Origin: Mycobacteriales bacterium
Lineage (GTDB): Bacteria > Actinomycetota > Actinomycetes > Mycobacteriales > QHCA01
Direction of reading: 5' to 3'
Assembly: GCA_038237645.1 (NCBI GenBank)
Contig: JBBRYN010000005.1
Coordinates: 2,026-66,025 of the forward strand
Length of the DNA: 64,000 bases
Part shown: positions 60,442 through 64,000 of the stretch, in pieces
Position numbering within the stretch: position 1 is the first letter of the stretch
Layout: the number at the start of each line of letters is the position of its first letter
Translations under genes and position numbers: made by a program
Notes under the pieces: model-generated
The model's database searches: none
What the model was told of the DNA's origin: nothing
What the model saw: only the letters and a program-made list of their open reading frames with translations

Positions 60442-60977
60442 GCCGGCCGTGGATCGAGGGCCGGGCCGAAGTCGGATCAGAGACCGTAGAAGGGTGAGGC
60501 TTGATAGCCATCACCGAATTGTCCAGCGCCGCACGGATGTCATTCCCGACTAGCGCCGATTCTCGCGTCGGGTAGCGAGGGTGACTGATCGGTACACCAT
60601 GAGTGGTCCGTGGAGGCGCGAACGTCCTTACCCAGCAGCAGGGCCGACTCTCTGCAGACTTACCTCATGGGCGGGGGGCAACGGCCGGCTCGCCTGGCTC
60701 CCACGCAGCTTCCTGCCGGATTGGGTGGCCGCGCAACACCCGCGGCGGTCATGTTCGCCGCCCGCTTCGGCGGCAGCGCGACTGGGGCACGCAGCCCGCT
60801 TTTTCGCAGTGCAGCCAGTGTTTCCCTGCGAGGCGGCGTCCTGGCCATCGCTTACGACTGTCCCTTGCCCTGCACCGCTCGACCTGCGGCTAACGCATAG
60901 CGCGATCGTTCTCGACGAGAAAGGACACGGCGCCCCACGGCGCCCCAGGCAGCGACTCTCTGCCGAGCGCCCGTGAG

Positions 60978-62156
60978 TCAGGGCTCGGTGTTGCGCAGGT
61001 GGACGTTCTGCAGCAGCCCGACCGCCATCAGGTTGGCGAACATCGCCGAGCCGCCGTAGGACACGAACGGAAGCGGCAGCCCGGTCACAGGCATGATGCC
61101 CAGCGTCATGCCGATGTTGACGAAGCTCTGGAAGGCGAACCACGCGACGACACCGGTGGCGACCAGCCGGCCGAACATGTCGGGCGCCCGGGCGGCGATC
61201 GACAGGCCCCGCCAGAGCACCACGCCCAGCAACACGATGATCGTGCCGCCGCCGAGCAGACCCAACTCCTCGCCGGCCACGGTGAACACGAAGTCGGTCT
61301 GCTGCTCCGGTACGAAGTGCCCGTTGGTCTGGCTGCCCTTGAACAATCCCTTGCCGGTCAGCCCGCCGGTGCCGATCGCGATGCGGGCCTGCCGCGTGCT
61401 GTAGCCGGCACCCTGCGAGTCGGCGGCGGGATTGGTGAACGCCTTGAACCGGTCGAGCTGGTACTGCTGGAGCGCGCCGACCTGTACGGCGAGCACGGCG
61501 CTCAGCGCGCCGGCCAGCACGAGCCCGGCTATCCACCGGGCGGAGGCGCCGGACACCGCGAGCACCCCGAGGACCACGAAGGCCAGCACCATGTCGGTGC
61601 CGAAATCCGGCTGCAGCATGACCAGGCCCATCGGCACCGCGGCGAGGGCGAGCGCCAGCACGACGTCGGAGCCACGCGGGACGCTCTCACCGTCGCGCTT
61701 CTCGCCGAGAAGCATCGACATGCTGACGATCAGGCCGACCTTGGCGAACTCCGCCGGCTGCAGCTGGAAACCGCCGCCGACGATGATCCAGGAGTGCGCG
61801 CCGTTGATGGTGCTGCCGACGAGCAGGACGGCGATCAACCCGATGCACGAGGCGACGTAGACGATCGGCGCGTAGGCGCGCAGCATCCGGTAGTCGAATG
61901 CGGCCATGATCACACCGAGCACCAGGCCGATTGCCAGGTTGAGCAGGTGCCGCTTGAGGAAGCTCTGCGGGTCCAGCCCGGCCGTCAGGAGACGCTGGCG
62001 GGTCGCCGACCACACCAGCAGGGCGCCGAGCACGGCGAGCGCCAGCACGGCGCTCGCGAGCACCCAGTCGACCCGGCGCAGCGACGATTGACGGCGCATC
62101 GCCCGGTCGCGCAGGGTGGCGGGCGGACCACCGAGGCGCACCGTGGAGGTACTCAT
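60978..62156 (-). CDS. rodA: rod shape-determining protein RodA (SEDS family peptidoglycan polymerase)
   Basis: VDWVLASAVLALAVLGALLVWSAT...FQLQPAEFAKV...LQPDFGT...PEQQTDFVFTVAGEELGLLG...MPVTGLPLPFVSYGGSAM. ATG 62156 overlaps the PBP2 stop (ATGA). Confidence 0.93.
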   Translation of the reverse strand: MSTSTVRLGGPPATLRDRAMRRQSSLRRVDWVLASAVLALAVLGALLVWSATRQRLLTAGLDPQSFLKRHLLNLAIGLVLGVIMAAFDYRMLRAYAPIVYVASCIGLIAVLLVGSTINGAHSWIIVGGGFQLQPAEFAKVGLIVSMSMLLGEKRDGESVPRGSDVVLALALAAVPMGLVMLQPDFGTDMVLAFVVLGVLAVSGASARWIAGLVLAGALSAVLAVQVGALQQYQLDRFKAFTNPAADSQGAGYSTRQARIAIGTGGLTGKGLFKGSQTNGHFVPEQQTDFVFTVAGEELGLLGGGTIIVLLGVVLWRGLSIAARAPDMFGRLVATGVVAWFAFQSFVNIGMTLGIMPVTGLPLPFVSYGGSAMFANLMAVGLLQNVHLRNTEP

Positions 62157-64000
62157 GGTGCCCGGGCCTTCGGCGCCATCGGGTGCGGCCGACTCCCCCA
62201 CACCCACTGCGGTGATCTTGCACAACTGCAAGTCGACACGCCGAGCGTGCCCACTAAACCCGCATGACCGAGTCGGGGGGCCGGCAGAGCGTGGGCGGAC
62301 GGGGAGGGGTGGGCCGGCGGCGTGGCCGGGCGCTGCGGGGTCGTCGGCACGGTGCTGATCGTCCCGTCCGGCCGCAGCCGCGGCAGGGCGGTCGGGATCC
62401 GGCCACCGGGATAGATCGCCGGCTGACCGCTCACCCCGTAGATGCCGTTCAGCACTCGGCGGACCACCTTGGCGGCGTACGCACCGCCGGTGCCTACCTG
62501 CTCCAGCATGTTCACGACCACGAACTGCGGATCGCCGGCGGGCGCGAAGGCGGCGAACCACGAGGTGTCCTGTCGGCCGGTCTTGGTCAGCCCCACCTCC
62601 GCGGTGCCGGTCTTGCCGCCCACCGGCACCGCGTCCTGTGGCCAATCGGTGAACGCGCCGTATGCCGTGCCCCCGGGGCGGGTGACCCCGGCCAGGGCGG
62701 AGCGGATGAAGTCCATGGTCGTCTTGTCTATGGGCAGCCGGCGGACCGCCTTGGGCCGAGCCTGCCAGGTCACGGCGCCGGTCGGGCCGATCACCGCCCG
62801 GGCAACCTGCGGGCGGTAGACCGTCCCGCCGTTGGCGAGCGCCGCGTAGGCCGTAGCCAGCTGCAACGGTGTGACCAGCACGTCGCCCTGGCCGATCGCG
62901 AAGTTCACCGCGTCGCCCGCGCGGTAGGTGTATCCGTCGGCACAGAACTCCCGGTCGAGTTGCCGGTGCAGGGCGTCGAACCGGGGGTTCTTCGCACCGG
63001 CGCAGTAGTCGGCCTTGCGCAGCTTCCAGAAAGCGTGCTTGAAAGCCCGGTCGGGGATCCGGCCGGCCGCCTCCCCGGGCAGGTCGATGCCGGTCGGGGC
63101 CCCGAAGCCGTACGCCTGCGCGGTGCGTGCGAACAACTCCTTGGCCTGTCCCTTCTTCGGCTTCAGGCCGCCGTCGCGCAGCCACATCTGGTAGCCGAAG
63201 TTGTAGAACACCGTGTCGCAGGACTTGATCAGCGCCTTGCGGATGTCCATCGGCCCGTACGTGTGCGCCTCGAAGTTGGTGAAGCTGGCCGACCCGACAT
63301 GGAACACGCCCGGGCACTGGTAGGTGCCGTCCAGCGGGTAGCCGCCGCGCTCGGCCGCCGAGGCGGACACCAGCTTGAACGTCGACCCGGGTGCGAACTC
63401 ACCCTGGCTGGCGCGGGAGATCAGCGGCACCCCGGCGGCCTGCCCGGTCAGCCGGGCGTAGTCGGCAGCGGAGATGCCCCCTGTCCACACCGTCGGGTCG
63501 TAGGACGGGTAGCTGGCCAGCGCAAGCACGGCGCCGGTCTTGGCGTTGAGGACGACCACCGCCCCGGAGTTGGCGTGGTAGGGCCGACCGTATTTGTCGC
63601 GCCCCTTCCGGGCGGTCAGCAGGCCGTCGGCCAACGACCGCTCGGCCAGCGCCTGCACCCGCTGGTCGATATTGGTGACGAGGTCGCCGCCGCGTACGGG
63701 GGCGGTCTGCGACAGGGTCGCCGTCACGCGGCCCGCATGGTCGACGGCAACCCGCTGCAACCCTGCGGAGCCGCTCAGCAGGCGGTCGTACTGCTTCTCC
63801 AGGCCGGCGACGCCGACCAGGTCGGTGTCGTGGTGACCGGCGTACTTCGGGCGCTTCAGCTGGTCGGCACTCACCGGCGCCAGATATCCCAGCACGTGGG
63901 CGGCCAGCGAACGATCGGGATACTGCCGGACGGCCTGGAAGTCGGCACTCACCCCCGGGAAGTCCTCCTGGTGCTCGGCGATGCGCAGCGCGACCTGCGG
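62153..64000 (-). CDS. mrdA: penicillin-binding protein 2 (class B transpeptidase), partial; the N-terminus lies beyond the window
   Basis: ...AHVLGYL...GLEKQYD...PGSTFKLVSA (STxK)...AIGQGDVLVTPLQLA...GGKTGTAE (KTG). The reading frame stays open to base 64000 (PQVALRIAEHQEDFPGV upstream of the track start). Confidence 0.9.
   Translation of the reverse strand, partial: PQVALRIAEHQEDFPGVSADFQAVRQYPDRSLAAHVLGYLAPVSADQLKRPKYAGHHDTDLVGVAGLEKQYDRLLSGSAGLQRVAVDHAGRVTATLSQTAPVRGGDLVTNIDQRVQALAERSLADGLLTARKGRDKYGRPYHANSGAVVVLNAKTGAVLALASYPSYDPTVWTGGISAADYARLTGQAAGVPLISRASQGEFAPGSTFKLVSASAAERGGYPLDGTYQCPGVFHVGSASFTNFEAHTYGPMDIRKALIKSCDTVFYNFGYQMWLRDGGLKPKKGQAKELFARTAQAYGFGAPTGIDLPGEAAGRIPDRAFKHAFWKLRKADYCAGAKNPRFDALHRQLDREFCADGYTYRAGDAVNFAIGQGDVLVTPLQLATAYAALANGGTVYRPQVARAVIGPTGAVTWQARPKAVRRLPIDKTTMDFIRSALAGVTRPGGTAYGAFTDWPQDAVPVGGKTGTAEVGLTKTGRQDTSWFAAFAPAGDPQFVVVNMLEQVGTGGAYAAKVVRRVLNGIYGVSGQPAIYPGGRIPTALPRLRPDGTISTVPTTPQRPATPPAHPSPSAHALPAPRLGHAGLVGTLGVSTCSCARSPQWVWGSRPHPMAPKARAP

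Noticed and set aside
60581-60976. Overlapping ORFs of 62-131 aa in the vapC-rodA spacer
   Set aside because: Their translations are Arg/Pro/Ala/Gly-rich without hydrophobic periodicity or motifs. They overlap each other in several frames, which is typical of non-coding GC-rich DNA.
62157-63317. Upstream extension of the rodA ORF (779-aa track ORF)
   Set aside because: This region is PBP2 coding sequence in another frame. RodA homology starts at MSTSTVRLGG (ATG 62156), which forms an ATGA overlap with the PBP2 stop.

Overview
This is a very GC-rich actinobacterial chromosome segment (about 70% GC by eye, not computed). It is almost entirely conserved housekeeping core. Gene order follows the blocks known from Mycobacterium and Streptomyces: uppS-recO-era; phoH-ybeY-CBS/hemolysin-like-cdd-like; hrcA-dnaJ with a CIRCE operator; hemW; lepA; rpsT; holA-comEC-comEA; degV; leuS; histidine phosphatase-rsfS-LCP-nadD; pepN-proA-proB-obg-rpmA-rplU-rne; a radical-SAM pair; and rodA-PBP2. 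About 60 CDSs are supported, roughly three quarters on the minus strand. Many are joined by 4-nt ATGA/GTGA start-stop overlaps. I found no rRNA, tRNA, CRISPR array or transposase by eye. I do not see a clear-cut novel multi-gene system. The best candidates for a second look are: (1) a small lower-GC islet at about 58.99-60.98 kb between panD and rodA, holding an orphan helical protein, a vapBC module and 535 nt of unexplained non-coding DNA; (2) comEC, which has no stop codon and reads in frame straight into holA as one 1149-codon ORF; (3) a two-TM protein with an HExxH motif next to the conserved radical-SAM pair; (4) an orphan acidic 191-aa gene with an apparently leaderless promoter between comEA and degV; (5) a canonical intrinsic terminator and 8-mer repeats in the 283-nt spacer upstream of leuS. 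Start codons were chosen by hand from overlap logic and homology to remembered N-termini, so they are less certain than the stops. All family assignments come from reading the translations, not from searches.
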